Assembly (NCBI GenBank): GCA_018304295.1
Contig: JAGVWK010000046.1
Span: 1 to 57,784, forward strand
Length of the DNA: 57,784 nucleotides
Direction of reading: 5' to 3'
Origin: Candidatus Micrarchaeota archaeon
Lineage (GTDB): Archaea; Micrarchaeota; Micrarchaeia; Anstonellales; Anstonellaceae
This document shows, one piece after another, positions 17,813-27,036 of this stretch. The notes beneath the pieces were generated by a model. The model worked only from the letters and a program-made list of their open reading frames with translations. It ran no database searches and had not been told where the DNA came from. The position numbers and the translations under genes were made by a program. Position 1 is the stretch's first letter, and every line of letters starts with the position of its first letter.

Positions 17813-19609
17813 GTGGAAAACAGGTTCCTTGCATTTTTTATAATGGCTATTTTTGCAGCCTCTGCTTTTGCGCAGGCAACGACAAACATAGGCACATCAG
17901 TGCAAACAGCAATTGAAGTGCAAACAGCAATTGAAGCGCAGGCAGAAATTGAAATTGATGCAGAAGCCGAAACAGTGCAGGTGGCAGTTCCCTCCACTAC
18001 ATCGGCACCGACAGAATGCACAATAAGCGCCCCTCTCTCAAAGGAGCTCACCTCCCTTATGCAAATGCTTTCGGACGCGCAAAAGAAAGGGGAGCCAACA
18101 GAGCAGATAATGCAGAAAATATCCTCACTAAAGGAGGAAATATCAGCGCAGAGGGAAACGTGCTATGCAGGCGAAACGCAGCCGCAAGTGAAAGCCCCAC
18201 GAGGGCAGGAGACAGTTGGAAGGCAGCAAGGCTCGGCGCGCATTGGGCGCGTTGCAACTGCCAATGCCCCTGACGCTGCTGAAAGAACAGACTACTGTGC
18301 GCAGCTAAGGCAATGGACTGAGAAATACGAATATTACGCGCAGGCATACGCCTCACCCGAACGCATGAAAGAGATAGGCGTAACTTCCGAGAGGCTTGAT
18401 TCCATAACAACAGAGCTAAAATCCGGCATGCTGCGCCTTGAGGCTCTTTGCAGCGGAACAGTTCCAAGCACGGCATCCGCGAACACGGATGCGTCCATAG
18501 GCGTAAACACCGATGCACAAATGAAAACCGACCTCACTGTGCTCGGATACGTGGCTTTCTGGCCGGGCAAGGTGAACCAGCACCGCACCCTTGGTGGCAA
18601 ATGGGAAACAGACCCAGACGGCGTTTCAGGCTCGAAATCAGACCAGCTGGAATACTGCCAAAAATGGTTTGAGGGTTCCAACGGCTTAAACTACGCGGGC
18701 TCTCAGTATATAGAAGGCTGGAAAGCCGCGGGCAACAGGAACAATTACGACCGCCATATAATAGCGTACGAATGCGTCAAAGAAAATTATATGCGCCTTA
18801 CACCCGAATGGGAGCAGGAAGGCTCACCAACCCCTGTTGCACCAGCGCAAACAAGCGAGATAACAACATACTACGAGGACAAGCTCACAAAAATTATGGG
18901 CAGCTCAGGAGCACTTGAGGAGCAGATAGCCTCCCTTAAGGACTTGCGCACGCAAATAGACCTTCTCATTGAGGAGCTTTTGCAAAAGCAGCAGACAATA
19001 GAGGCTAGCGAATTCGGGCAGCTTGTGGAGGAAATGGAAATAACCCCCTCCTCAATAAACGCGGGCGAAGCCAAGGTTCCCTCAATAGGCAAGAAAATAA
19101 ACGCAAAAATATCCGAAAAAACGCAGGTTCAAATTGAGGCAGTAAACGACAAGGTAGTGCTGCGGGACTCAGGGGCCGAAGCAACCACAACAGACATAAC
19201 CGTCAGCAGCGAAGGCGTGAGCACAGGGGGCGCACAAATAAAAGTGTCCCCATCCGAAGCAGCACAAAAAGTAAAGGCAACCAAGAAGAAAATCAGCATT
19301 GCAGCAAACAATCAAAAGCGCGCAGTATACAATGTTAAGGGGCAGACAAACGCCAAGATTCTTGGAATACTGCCCGTAACAATGCAACGCAGCATTGAAA
19401 TAGACGCGCAAAACGGCAATGTTCTTTCTGACGAGAAGCCATGGTGGGCTGCAGTTGCAGTGGATGACACTGCTGCAACCGAAGAGGCAGTTGTTGCAGA
19501 AGCGGCTGTTGCAGCGGAAGAGAAGGTTGCCGCAGAAGCGGCTGTTGCAGTAGAAGAGAAGATTGCAGCCGAAAACAAAGTTGCAGCAGAAGCCACCGCA
19601 TCAAACTAA
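17813..19609 (+). CDS. Secreted protein with a signal peptide and tandem-repeat termini
   Basis: GTG start; signal peptide FLAFFIMAIFAASAFAQA. Repeats: VQTAIE x2 and AEAAVA(A/V)EEK(V/I)A x2. Confidence 0.7.
   Translation: MENRFLAFFIMAIFAASAFAQATTNIGTSVQTAIEVQTAIEAQAEIEIDAEAETVQVAVPSTTSAPTECTISAPLSKELTSLMQMLSDAQKKGEPTEQIMQKISSLKEEISAQRETCYAGETQPQVKAPRGQETVGRQQGSARIGRVATANAPDAAERTDYCAQLRQWTEKYEYYAQAYASPERMKEIGVTSERLDSITTELKSGMLRLEALCSGTVPSTASANTDASIGVNTDAQMKTDLTVLGYVAFWPGKVNQHRTLGGKWETDPDGVSGSKSDQLEYCQKWFEGSNGLNYAGSQYIEGWKAAGNRNNYDRHIIAYECVKENYMRLTPEWEQEGSPTPVAPAQTSEITTYYEDKLTKIMGSSGALEEQIASLKDLRTQIDLLIEELLQKQQTIEASEFGQLVEEMEITPSSINAGEAKVPSIGKKINAKISEKTQVQIEAVNDKVVLRDSGAEATTTDITVSSEGVSTGGAQIKVSPSEAAQKVKATKKKISIAANNQKRAVYNVKGQTNAKILGILPVTMQRSIEIDAQNGNVLSDEKPWWAAVAVDDTAATEEAVVAEAAVAAEEKVAAEAAVAVEEKIAAENKVAAEATASN
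17900..17935 (+). repeat. Perfect 18-nt tandem duplication (gtgcaaacagcaattgaa x2) inside a CDS
   Basis: Read directly from the sequence; encodes VQTAIE twice. Confidence 0.9.
19496..19567 (+). repeat. 36-nt tandem repeat x2 inside the 3' end of a CDS
   Basis: The units gcagaagcggctgttgcagcggaagagaaggttgcc and gcagaagcggctgttgcagtagaagagaagattgca differ at a few positions. Confidence 0.85.
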
Positions 19610-19628
19610 AATTCGCTGTGCTTTTGCA

Positions 19629-19700
19629 TGGACACAGGGGGATTCGAACCCCCAGCCTCCTGCATGCCATGCAGGCGCGCTACCGTTGCGCCATGTGCCC
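19629..19700 (-). tRNA. tRNA-Ala (anticodon GGC), no encoded CCA
   Basis: The reverse complement is GGGCACATGGCGCAACGGTAGCGCGCCTGCATGGCATGCAGGAGGCTGGGGGTTCGAATCCCCCTGTGTCCA and folds as a cloverleaf. It has a 7-bp acceptor stem with the G3:U70 alanine identity pair. The anticodon loop is AT-GGC-AT and the T-loop is TTCGAAT. Confidence 0.9.
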
Positions 19701-20172
19701 TAAAGAAGTCGGGCATATTTGGTAAAAAGGGAATAAAAAGCCTCGCTGCACCTGCAAAGCGCACAAAATAAAAAATAAAGGGATTTACAAAGGCTTCCGC
19801 CGCCTGAAAATTGCCGCGCCTTGCGGAGGCACATGCGCCCACGCGCCCAAAGATGTTTTGGAATTCGCCAGCCCAAAGCAGCCTGAGGGCACAATTCCCC
19901 TGCCATTTGGTCTATTCCATCGCACTGTGGTCCCATCTCTCAATTCCAGCGTCCCGTCCGCCCTAACAGGATTTTCTTTAATTTGTGCCTGAGCCATTTT
20001 TGCCACCCCTCTCCAAATATTGTTTTCTGATTGCGCCTCTCCCTCTTTATAATATTTTTTGGCAGAAATATTCTTTAAAGAATATAAGCGCCCCCTGCAC
20101 CGCAACAGTTTTAATGCTTAAATCCGATAGGTGCATAAGAGAGATGGCAAGAGGCAGGCAAGGGGTGCATAT

Positions 20173-21171
20173 ATGAAACTCGCAATAAACGGCTTTGGCA
20201 GGATTGGCAGGATGGTTCTTCGCGCAGCCCTCAAAAACGGCTCTTTTGGAAATGCGTTTGACTTGGTTGCAATAAATTCCACAGACGACCCCAAGCTCTC
20301 GCTGCACCTTCTCAAGTACGACACAGTGCATGGAAGGCTTAGCGAAGACGCAAAGCTGGAGGGAAATTACCTTGTGCTAAAAGGGAAAAAGATAGCGCTC
20401 CTTAACGAGCGCGACCCTGCACGGCTCCCATGGAAGTCCCTTGGCGTTGAGCTTGTGCTTGAATGCACCGGCGCATTCACCGAGAAAGACAAGGCAGCCG
20501 CGCACATAAGCGCAGGCGCAAAAAAGGTGCTCATCTCAGCCCCCGGAAAGGGGGTGGAGGCAACCCTTGTGCTCGGGGTGAACGATTTTGCATACGACCC
20601 AAAAAAACACTCCATAATCTCAATGGCAAGCTGCACCACAAACTGCCTTGCCCCTGTTGCAATGGTTCTTGATGAAAAGTTCGGGATAGAAAGCGGCTTC
20701 ATGACGACCGTGCACGCATACACAAACGACCAGCGCACGCTTGATGTGGGCCACAAGGACTATAGGCGCGCCCGCGCCGCAGCCGTGAACATAATACCCA
20801 CTACGACGGGCGCCGCAAAGGCAATAGGGGAAGTGCTGCCAAAGCTAAAAGGCAAGCTTGACGGCCTTGCGCTTCGCGTCCCGGTGCCTGACGGCTCAAT
20901 GAACGACCTTACAGTGGAACTCTCAAAAGACGTTACAAAAGAGCAGGTTAATGCAGCCCTTAGAGATGCTGCGCAGGGAAAGCTCAAGGGCATACTTGAA
21001 TACACCGAAGAGCCAATAGTAAGCTCAGATATAATAGGCAACCCGCACTCCGCAATAGTGGACGGCTTGTGCACAAGCGTAGTTGGAAAACGCCACGTAA
21101 AAGTGCTCTCCTGGTACGACAACGAGTGGGGCTATTCCAACAGGCTTGCAGAGCTGGCTGCAAGGATGTAA
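20173..21171 (+). CDS. gap: Glyceraldehyde-3-phosphate dehydrogenase, class I (bacterial/eukaryotic type)
   Basis: MKLAINGFGRIGRMVLRA, active site SCTTNCLAP and WYDNEWGYS. GGGGTG lies 7 nt upstream of ATG 20173. Confidence 0.95.
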   Translation: MKLAINGFGRIGRMVLRAALKNGSFGNAFDLVAINSTDDPKLSLHLLKYDTVHGRLSEDAKLEGNYLVLKGKKIALLNERDPARLPWKSLGVELVLECTGAFTEKDKAAAHISAGAKKVLISAPGKGVEATLVLGVNDFAYDPKKHSIISMASCTTNCLAPVAMVLDEKFGIESGFMTTVHAYTNDQRTLDVGHKDYRRARAAAVNIIPTTTGAAKAIGEVLPKLKGKLDGLALRVPVPDGSMNDLTVELSKDVTKEQVNAALRDAAQGKLKGILEYTEEPIVSSDIIGNPHSAIVDGLCTSVVGKRHVKVLSWYDNEWGYSNRLAELAARM

Positions 21172-21203
21172 CTCTTTTTAAACGCCGCCCATGAAATCTT
21201 CCC

Positions 21204-22205
21204 ATGAAAACCGTTCTGGTAACCGGAGCTTCAGGCAGGATAGGAAGGCTTCTGTGCGCGCAGCTTTGCAAAAAAGGCTACACGGTGCACGCGCTCGTAC
21301 GGAAGAAAAGCTCCCTTGGCGTGCAGCGCTCTTCTGCCGCGCGCAATATGCGGGCAAGGGGGAGCATAAAGGAGTTTGTAGGGGATGTGCTGGACTTTCC
21401 AAGCATTGCGCGCGCAGCAAAAGGAGTGGACGCGGTGGTGCATCTGGCAGCCCTGATAGACTCCGATGCGCCGCCCCAAAGGCTCTTTGAAGTAAATGTC
21501 CTTGGGACAAAGAATGCGCTCGCAGCAGCGCCAACAGGATGCAAGTTCATTTACGCAAGCTCAATTGCAGTATACGGGAGGAACCTCCCCCCACTTGCGG
21601 ATGAAAACTCCCCGGCGCTTCCCTCCACAAACTACGGCAAAAGCAAATTCCTTGCAGAGGCATGCGTTCTTTGCGAGCAGGGAAGGCTGGACGTTGTTTC
21701 CCTGCAGTTTGGGGTGGTGTATGGCAAGGGGTTTGACGACGGCTACCACTCCGTATTCAAAATGCTCCAAAAAGGCAAAATGAAAATAATAGGGGATGGG
21801 GGAAATTCCCTTTCTTTTGTGCATGTGCAGGATGTGCTTTCCGCGCTGCTTCTTGCGCTTGAAAAGCCCTCCCCCTCCTGCATTTACCTCATAGTGGGGG
21901 AGCAAAAAACGCAGAAGGAGCTTCTCTCAATGGCTGCAAAAGAGCTAAAGGCCAAACCCCCAACACAGCACATAAGCAAGCACATGGCGCTTGCGCTTGC
22001 AAAACTAAGCGCCCTTTTCTCAAAACTTAAGGGCAAAAAACCCTCCCTTAATTACGACGCAGTTGAGATGATTTCCTCACACCGCTCATTTGACACGCAT
22101 AAGGCGCAGGATGAGCTAAGCTGGAAGGCAAAGGTTAAATTAAAAGACGGCGTAAGGGAAATGGCGTGCGAATACCTCAAAAAAGCGGGCAAAGCCCAAA
22201 AGTAA
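21204..22205 (+). CDS. NAD-dependent epimerase/dehydratase family protein
   Basis: MKTVLVTGASGRIGRLL (GxxGxxG motif) and YGKSK (YxxxK motif). Confidence 0.85.
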   Translation: MKTVLVTGASGRIGRLLCAQLCKKGYTVHALVRKKSSLGVQRSSAARNMRARGSIKEFVGDVLDFPSIARAAKGVDAVVHLAALIDSDAPPQRLFEVNVLGTKNALAAAPTGCKFIYASSIAVYGRNLPPLADENSPALPSTNYGKSKFLAEACVLCEQGRLDVVSLQFGVVYGKGFDDGYHSVFKMLQKGKMKIIGDGGNSLSFVHVQDVLSALLLALEKPSPSCIYLIVGEQKTQKELLSMAAKELKAKPPTQHISKHMALALAKLSALFSKLKGKKPSLNYDAVEMISSHRSFDTHKAQDELSWKAKVKLKDGVREMACEYLKKAGKAQK

Positions 22206-22216
22206 AAAGCCGCAAA

Positions 22217-22979
22217 ATGAAAACCCACAAACGGGCAAAAAGTTGCAATAATAACCGGCTCGGACTGCGGAATAGGCGAAGGGATAGCAACGGCATTTGC
22301 CAACGCAGGCGCAAGCGTTACAATATGCTCCCCGCACATTGAAAAGTGCGAGGCAGCGTGCGCAAAGCTGCGCAAATTCGGGGCAAAAGCCCTTGCGCTC
22401 CAATGCGACGTTTCAAAGGAGGAGCAGGTGCAAAGCCTTATCTCAAAGACAGTAAAGGAATTCGGCAGGCTTGACATAATGGTGAATAACGCAGGCGTCC
22501 TCCTTCAAAAGCCCCTTGACGAGGTGGAGAAAAAAGACATTGACTGGCAGCTCGGCATCAACATAAACGGCGTGCTTTTCGGCACAAAATACGCGGCAAA
22601 GCAGATGAAAAAGCAAAAAGACGGCGGCTGCATAATAAATATCGCATCAATCGCAGCCTTGGTGGGCTACCCAATGCTAAGCACATACTGCGCCTCAAAG
22701 GGCGCAATCGCAGCCTTTACGCGCGCAGCGTCCGCAGAGCTTGCTCCCCATAAAATACGCGTAAATGCAATTTGCCCCGGGCTAATAGAGTCTGAGATGA
22801 CAAAGCCCATGCTGCAAGACGCAAAAATGCGCGATGAATTCTTAAAATCAATACCGCTTCGCATTGTAGGGCAGCCGTCAGACATCGGATACGGCGCGCT
22901 TTACCTTGCGTCTGAAGAGGCGCGCTATGTTAGCGGCATTTCCCTTGTAATAGACGGCGGAGAAATAGCAACGACCTAA
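22217..22979 (+). CDS. Short-chain dehydrogenase/reductase (SDR); the start codon is out of frame by 1 nt
   Basis: In-frame sequence from 22221 reads KPTNGQKVAIITGSDCGIGEGIA...NNAGV...YCASKGA. The only nearby ATG (22217) is +1 relative to this frame. Removing one A from the AAAA run at 22220-22223 gives MKPTNGQKVAIITG. The track ORF (22428, GTG) lacks the Rossmann N-terminus. Confidence 0.8.
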
Positions 22980-22989
22980 GGTGAATTTT

Positions 22990-23763
22990 ATGAAAATCGG
23001 AAAAACAGAGCAATACATAAACGAGCAAATAGAAAAGAAGGGCGGGCTGCTTTTTGCGCTCATAGACCCTGTGGACTACAAAACCCCCCAAGATGCAATA
23101 CGCGCAGGAAAGGAATCCGCAGAGGGCGGCGCGGACATAATGCTCATTGGAGGCAGCATGGGCGCACAGGGCGAGCTTCTTGACACTGTTACAAGGGAGA
23201 TAAAGAGCGCCTCAAGCGTCCCAGTAGTGCTTTTTCCGGGCAACATAAGCACCCTCTCAAAATATGCGGATGCGGTCTATTTCATGTCCCTTCTTAACAG
23301 CCGCAACCCATACTGGATTTCAGGCGCGCAAATGCTTGCCGCAAATGCGGTGAGAATTTCAAAAGTTGAGCCCCTTCCGGTGGGATACATTGTGGTTGAG
23401 CCCGGCGGAACAGTCGGATACGTTGGCGACGTAAACCTTGTGAAGCGCGACAAGCCCCAAATAGCAGCAGCGCACGCGCTCGCGGCGCAGTATTCAGGCT
23501 CAAGGCTTGTGCTTACTGACGCAGGCAGCAACCCGCGTGAGGGGCACATCCCCCTTGAAATGGTAAAAGCGGTTTCCTCAGTGTGCGAAGTCCCTTACAT
23601 AGTTGGCGGCGGGGTGCGCACAGCAGCAGAGGCCACAAGCGTGATAAAAGCCGGCGCGGATGCCGTGCAGGTGGGAACCGCCCTTGAGAGCGGGGGCAAC
23701 CTAAAGAAACGCGTGGAAGAAATGGCAAAGGCAATACACGAGGCAGGAAAAGGCAAGAAATAA
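22990..23763 (+). CDS. Geranylgeranylglyceryl phosphate synthase (PcrB/GGGPS family)
   Basis: GADIMLIGGS...VVLFPGN...YIVVEPGGTVGYVG...YIVGGGVRT. Confidence 0.9.
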   Translation: MKIGKTEQYINEQIEKKGGLLFALIDPVDYKTPQDAIRAGKESAEGGADIMLIGGSMGAQGELLDTVTREIKSASSVPVVLFPGNISTLSKYADAVYFMSLLNSRNPYWISGAQMLAANAVRISKVEPLPVGYIVVEPGGTVGYVGDVNLVKRDKPQIAAAHALAAQYSGSRLVLTDAGSNPREGHIPLEMVKAVSSVCEVPYIVGGGVRTAAEATSVIKAGADAVQVGTALESGGNLKKRVEEMAKAIHEAGKGKK

Positions 23764-23776
23764 ACGCGGTGGGCAA

Positions 23777-25351
23777 ATGGATGCGCAGCTTTATGCAACT
23801 CTAAACAAAGGCTGGAAATCCACGTGCAGGGTTCTTTTTGGCAAAGAGATAGGGGAGCTGGAAAAATACGAGGAGTGGCTGGGGGAATATCTCCCTCCTG
23901 TTGCAAAGCGAAGGTCGCACCTGAGCGGCAAGAAAGTGATAGTCGCCAAGGACTCATACCCTAAAAACGCGCGCTTCATCTCCGAGGACGAGCTCACAAC
24001 GAACAGAAGCTACACTCTTTCCATAAACGACATAAAAGACGTGGATTCCATAATGCGCGCACTTTGCGAAAAATGCGAATACACAGGCAACCGCTTCCTT
24101 GGCAATTCCGCTCACATGAGCGAGTCCGACATAGTGCTTGACTCTCAATACGTGCACAATAGCACGAACATTGAGCAGTCCACCTACATATACTCTTCCT
24201 ACATGATGCGCAGGGGCAGCAAATACTCATACGGAAGCGGCTGGACAGCAGCAGGGGAATTCACTGTGCGCTGCGTTGCAGGCATAAACCTGCGCCGCTG
24301 CCTAGAGTCCCATGCAGTGGCAGACTGCTCGGACACCTACTTCTCTTTTGACTGCCACGGCTGCACCGACATTCTATTCTCATTCGGGCAGCGCAGCAAA
24401 AACCACATGATAGGCAACCTGCCTCTTGCAAAGGAAAAATACGCGCAAATAAAAGCAAAGCTCCTTGGGGAAATTGCAGCAGAGCTTGAAAGTAAAAAAT
24501 GCTTCCCCCCACTTTTCGCCCTTGTCCCGAAAATGCCGCCAAAAAACCTCCCAAAAATAACCCCCTCCCTCCCAAAAGACGAAAAAAGCATGGCTGCAAT
24601 AGAAAAGGGCTTTTCCTCAACCTACGGCGTAATACTGAAAAGCAAGCCCTTCAGCATATGCGACTACGAGGAATGGCTTGAGAAAAACACAGTGCGGGTT
24701 GTGCCTGTGCAGTCCGCTTTTGGAAATACAACTTACCTTCCGCAGAATTTTCCTGTTTTCAGCCTGCTGCCAAAGCACCGCCTCATAAGCGTATTTGAGT
24801 CCATTGAGGCTGGCAAATCTCTCCATGTGCGCGAGCAGTCCCTTTCCAGCCTCCCTTCCCTCCTAAAGGAGCTTGGCAATATAGCTTTCTTTACCGCGGA
24901 ATTCTACAATGGCGAAAACCGCAACATAATAAGCGCGCCCCATGTGCTGCACAGCGCAAACGTGTACAAAGGCTATGAGGCAACGTATTCTGAGCATTCA
25001 GGCTGCACCTCGCTTTCGTTGCACTCCAAATACGTATATGGCTGCCACCGCATAATAGACTCCCAGTTTTCCCTCAAATGCTACAATTCCCTCTACCTTA
25101 ACCGCTGCCTTGAGCTTGACGGCTGCACAAAATGTGCGGACTCATATTTTTGCCACAACTGCGAAGGCATGTCCGATTCCATGTTCTGCTTCAATGCAAA
25201 GGGAAAGCGCTTCTCAATAGGCAACACGGATTTGCAGCGGGAGAAATATGCGCAGGTGAAAGAAATGCTGCTTTCGCAGATGGCGGGCGAGCTTGACAAA
25301 AACAAATCCCTCAAATGGGACATTTACAATATAGGTGCTAAAAATAGTTAA
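23777..25351 (+). CDS. Cys-rich two-module repeat protein, paralogue 1 (unknown family)
   Basis: 524 aa, with no signal peptide or TM segment. Shares WKSTCRVLFGKEIGEL, LSINDIKDVDS, CxxC...F(S)F...IGN...EKYAQ and the C-terminal CHNCEGMSDSMFCFNAKG...LKWDIYNIG with the four ORFs below. Confidence 0.85.
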   Translation: MDAQLYATLNKGWKSTCRVLFGKEIGELEKYEEWLGEYLPPVAKRRSHLSGKKVIVAKDSYPKNARFISEDELTTNRSYTLSINDIKDVDSIMRALCEKCEYTGNRFLGNSAHMSESDIVLDSQYVHNSTNIEQSTYIYSSYMMRRGSKYSYGSGWTAAGEFTVRCVAGINLRRCLESHAVADCSDTYFSFDCHGCTDILFSFGQRSKNHMIGNLPLAKEKYAQIKAKLLGEIAAELESKKCFPPLFALVPKMPPKNLPKITPSLPKDEKSMAAIEKGFSSTYGVILKSKPFSICDYEEWLEKNTVRVVPVQSAFGNTTYLPQNFPVFSLLPKHRLISVFESIEAGKSLHVREQSLSSLPSLLKELGNIAFFTAEFYNGENRNIISAPHVLHSANVYKGYEATYSEHSGCTSLSLHSKYVYGCHRIIDSQFSLKCYNSLYLNRCLELDGCTKCADSYFCHNCEGMSDSMFCFNAKGKRFSIGNTDLQREKYAQVKEMLLSQMAGELDKNKSLKWDIYNIGAKNS

Positions 25352-25352
25352 C

Positions 25353-25359
25353 TTTATAT
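25353..25359 (+). promoter_or_regulatory. TATA-like element in an AT-rich patch 25-31 nt upstream of ATG 25384
   Basis: tttatat lies within aactttatatgctttatttaactaatttttaact, which is unusually AT-rich for this window. Confidence 0.45.
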
Positions 25360-25383
25360 GCTTTATTTAACTAATTTTTAACT

Positions 25384-26259
25384 ATGTGGTTAAATTTTAG
25401 TAAAATTGAACTTGAAGTGCTGCACATGCTTTGCGAAGGGAGCGCAAGCGCCGGAGAGCTGGCGAAGAAGCTGCGAAAGAAGAACAGCTTTATTTCGCGC
25501 ACTTTGGGAAAGCTTAGGCAAAAAGGGATGGCAGTTAAGGGCAGGCAAGAAATCTCACTTTCCCAAGCGGCGCAAGCGCAGAGCTTTAAGCGGCTTTATG
25601 ATTCAAGGCCGGATGCAAAAATAGAAGCATGGTTTTGCAGCAGCGCAATGGATGTGCTTATAGTGCTTGCGGGTTTCAACGAAGGCTGCGAGCTTGGGGC
25701 GCTTGTTGCTGAAATAGGGTGCTCAAAACCTACCATGTTCAAAGTGCTAAAGCGATTCTATGCAGCAGGCGTTGCAACCAAAAGAGGCAGCAAGGCAATG
25801 ATAAGCGACAGATTGGTGAGAGAGTTTGCAGAAAATTACGCAAACGGGCTCCATCTTCTTTTGCTTTCGCAGGCGAAGGGGCATAACGGTTCAATACGAG
25901 TAAGGAAAAACGTAGTAGCGAGGACAGACGCAAAAGGGGTTCCGCACTATTTCTCACAGACGGGGCTTTCTGCACTCGCAAATATGGGATTGGAAGCAGT
26001 GCTGACTTCGTATAATGACTTTTATTTCAATCTCGATATGAGGGAAAGAAATGTGGGCGCAGAAGAGGCATTTGTGCATGCGCTTCTTCTGACAACGATG
26101 CAGCAACATCAGGACAAGACAGTGCTTGCAATTTTCCTTAATAAGAACATGAGGAAATTGAATATCGGGAAGATGCGGGAGCTTGCAAAGGAATACAATA
26201 TCCTAGGGGAGCTTGACACCATGCGCCAAGCTCTTGATTATGCACAGAAGGCAAGATGA
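25384..26259 (+). CDS. Double winged-helix (MarR/ArsR-like) DNA-binding protein
   Basis: Two wHTH-like segments: LEVLHMLCEGSASAGELAKKLRKKNSFISRTLGKLRQKGM and MDVLIVLAGFNEGCELGALVAEIGCSKPTMFKVLKRFYAAGV. Confidence 0.6.
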   Translation: MWLNFSKIELEVLHMLCEGSASAGELAKKLRKKNSFISRTLGKLRQKGMAVKGRQEISLSQAAQAQSFKRLYDSRPDAKIEAWFCSSAMDVLIVLAGFNEGCELGALVAEIGCSKPTMFKVLKRFYAAGVATKRGSKAMISDRLVREFAENYANGLHLLLLSQAKGHNGSIRVRKNVVARTDAKGVPHYFSQTGLSALANMGLEAVLTSYNDFYFNLDMRERNVGAEEAFVHALLLTTMQQHQDKTVLAIFLNKNMRKLNIGKMRELAKEYNILGELDTMRQALDYAQKAR

Positions 26260-26260
26260 T

Positions 26261-27016
26261 ATGGCAAAATTATTTGGCAAAGAGGATTTGCTGGATGTCT
26301 TTAGGAGAGTTGGGGCTGCGCTCGGAAAGGAAGCTTCCGTTTTCTTGCTGGGCGGCGGAGCGATGTGCTTTCGCAACCAGAAGCCCGGCACAAAGGACCT
26401 TGATTTGGTATTTTTGGATGGAAAGGATGCGGATGAGTTTTCCAAGTGCGCAGTTAAGATTGGGTTTTCAAGGCCAAAGAGCCTTGAGTTGGAATACAAG
26501 CTGATGGGCGCATGCAACATATTGGAGAATGCAAATGAATTTCGGCTTGATATTTTCTGCGAGACCGTATGCGGAGCGCTGAATTTAAGCAAAAGCATGG
26601 CAAAAAGAGCGGAACAATTTGGAAAATTTGGCAAGCTCACAGTGCTGCTTGTTTCAAATGAGGATGTAGTTCTCTTCAAAGCAATAACGCAGCGCCCAAG
26701 GGACGTGGAAGATATTGTCGCCGTTGTGCGCGGTGCGAACGTAAATTGGAACATAGTGCTCTCGGAATGCAAGGCACAGAGTTTGGAGCACAAATGGTAT
26801 GGGCTTGTTTACAACAAGCTTGTGGAAATTGAGGAGAAGCACGGGGTAAGCGCTCCAATAATGGACGCACTACTGAAGCTTGACAGGAAAACAATACTTG
26901 AAGAGGCTTATTCAAGCATGCGCGGCAAAGGCATGGGGAGCGGAAAGGCGCTTGCGGAACTTAAAAAAATGGGATTTACGGAAAAAGAATTGGGGCACTT
27001 GGAAAGAAAGAGCTAA
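26261..27016 (+). CDS. Minimal nucleotidyltransferase-fold protein (MNT/DUF6036-like)
   Basis: FLLGGGAMCFRNQKPGTKDLDLVF fits the G[GS]x(n)DxD polymerase-beta NTase motif. ATG 26261 follows the upstream stop by 1 nt. Confidence 0.6.
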   Translation: MAKLFGKEDLLDVFRRVGAALGKEASVFLLGGGAMCFRNQKPGTKDLDLVFLDGKDADEFSKCAVKIGFSRPKSLELEYKLMGACNILENANEFRLDIFCETVCGALNLSKSMAKRAEQFGKFGKLTVLLVSNEDVVLFKAITQRPRDVEDIVAVVRGANVNWNIVLSECKAQSLEHKWYGLVYNKLVEIEEKHGVSAPIMDALLKLDRKTILEEAYSSMRGKGMGSGKALAELKKMGFTEKELGHLERKS

Positions 27017-27036
27017 AGCAATATGGGTGTAACGGA

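Noticed and set aside
19629-19700. tRNA-Ala as an integration site for a mobile element.
   Set aside because: By eye I found no second copy of the tRNA 3' half (for example gggggattcgaaccccc) elsewhere in the window, and there is no integrase gene nearby.
19785-20105. Minus-strand 106-aa ORF between tRNA-Ala and gap, with a possible 70-aa version from MAQAQIKENPVRADG.
   Set aside because: It has no recognisable motif, an R/G/P-rich C-terminus and no well-spaced TATA or SD. It is left unannotated, but the 470-nt gap is long for this genome and could hold a small gene or RNA.
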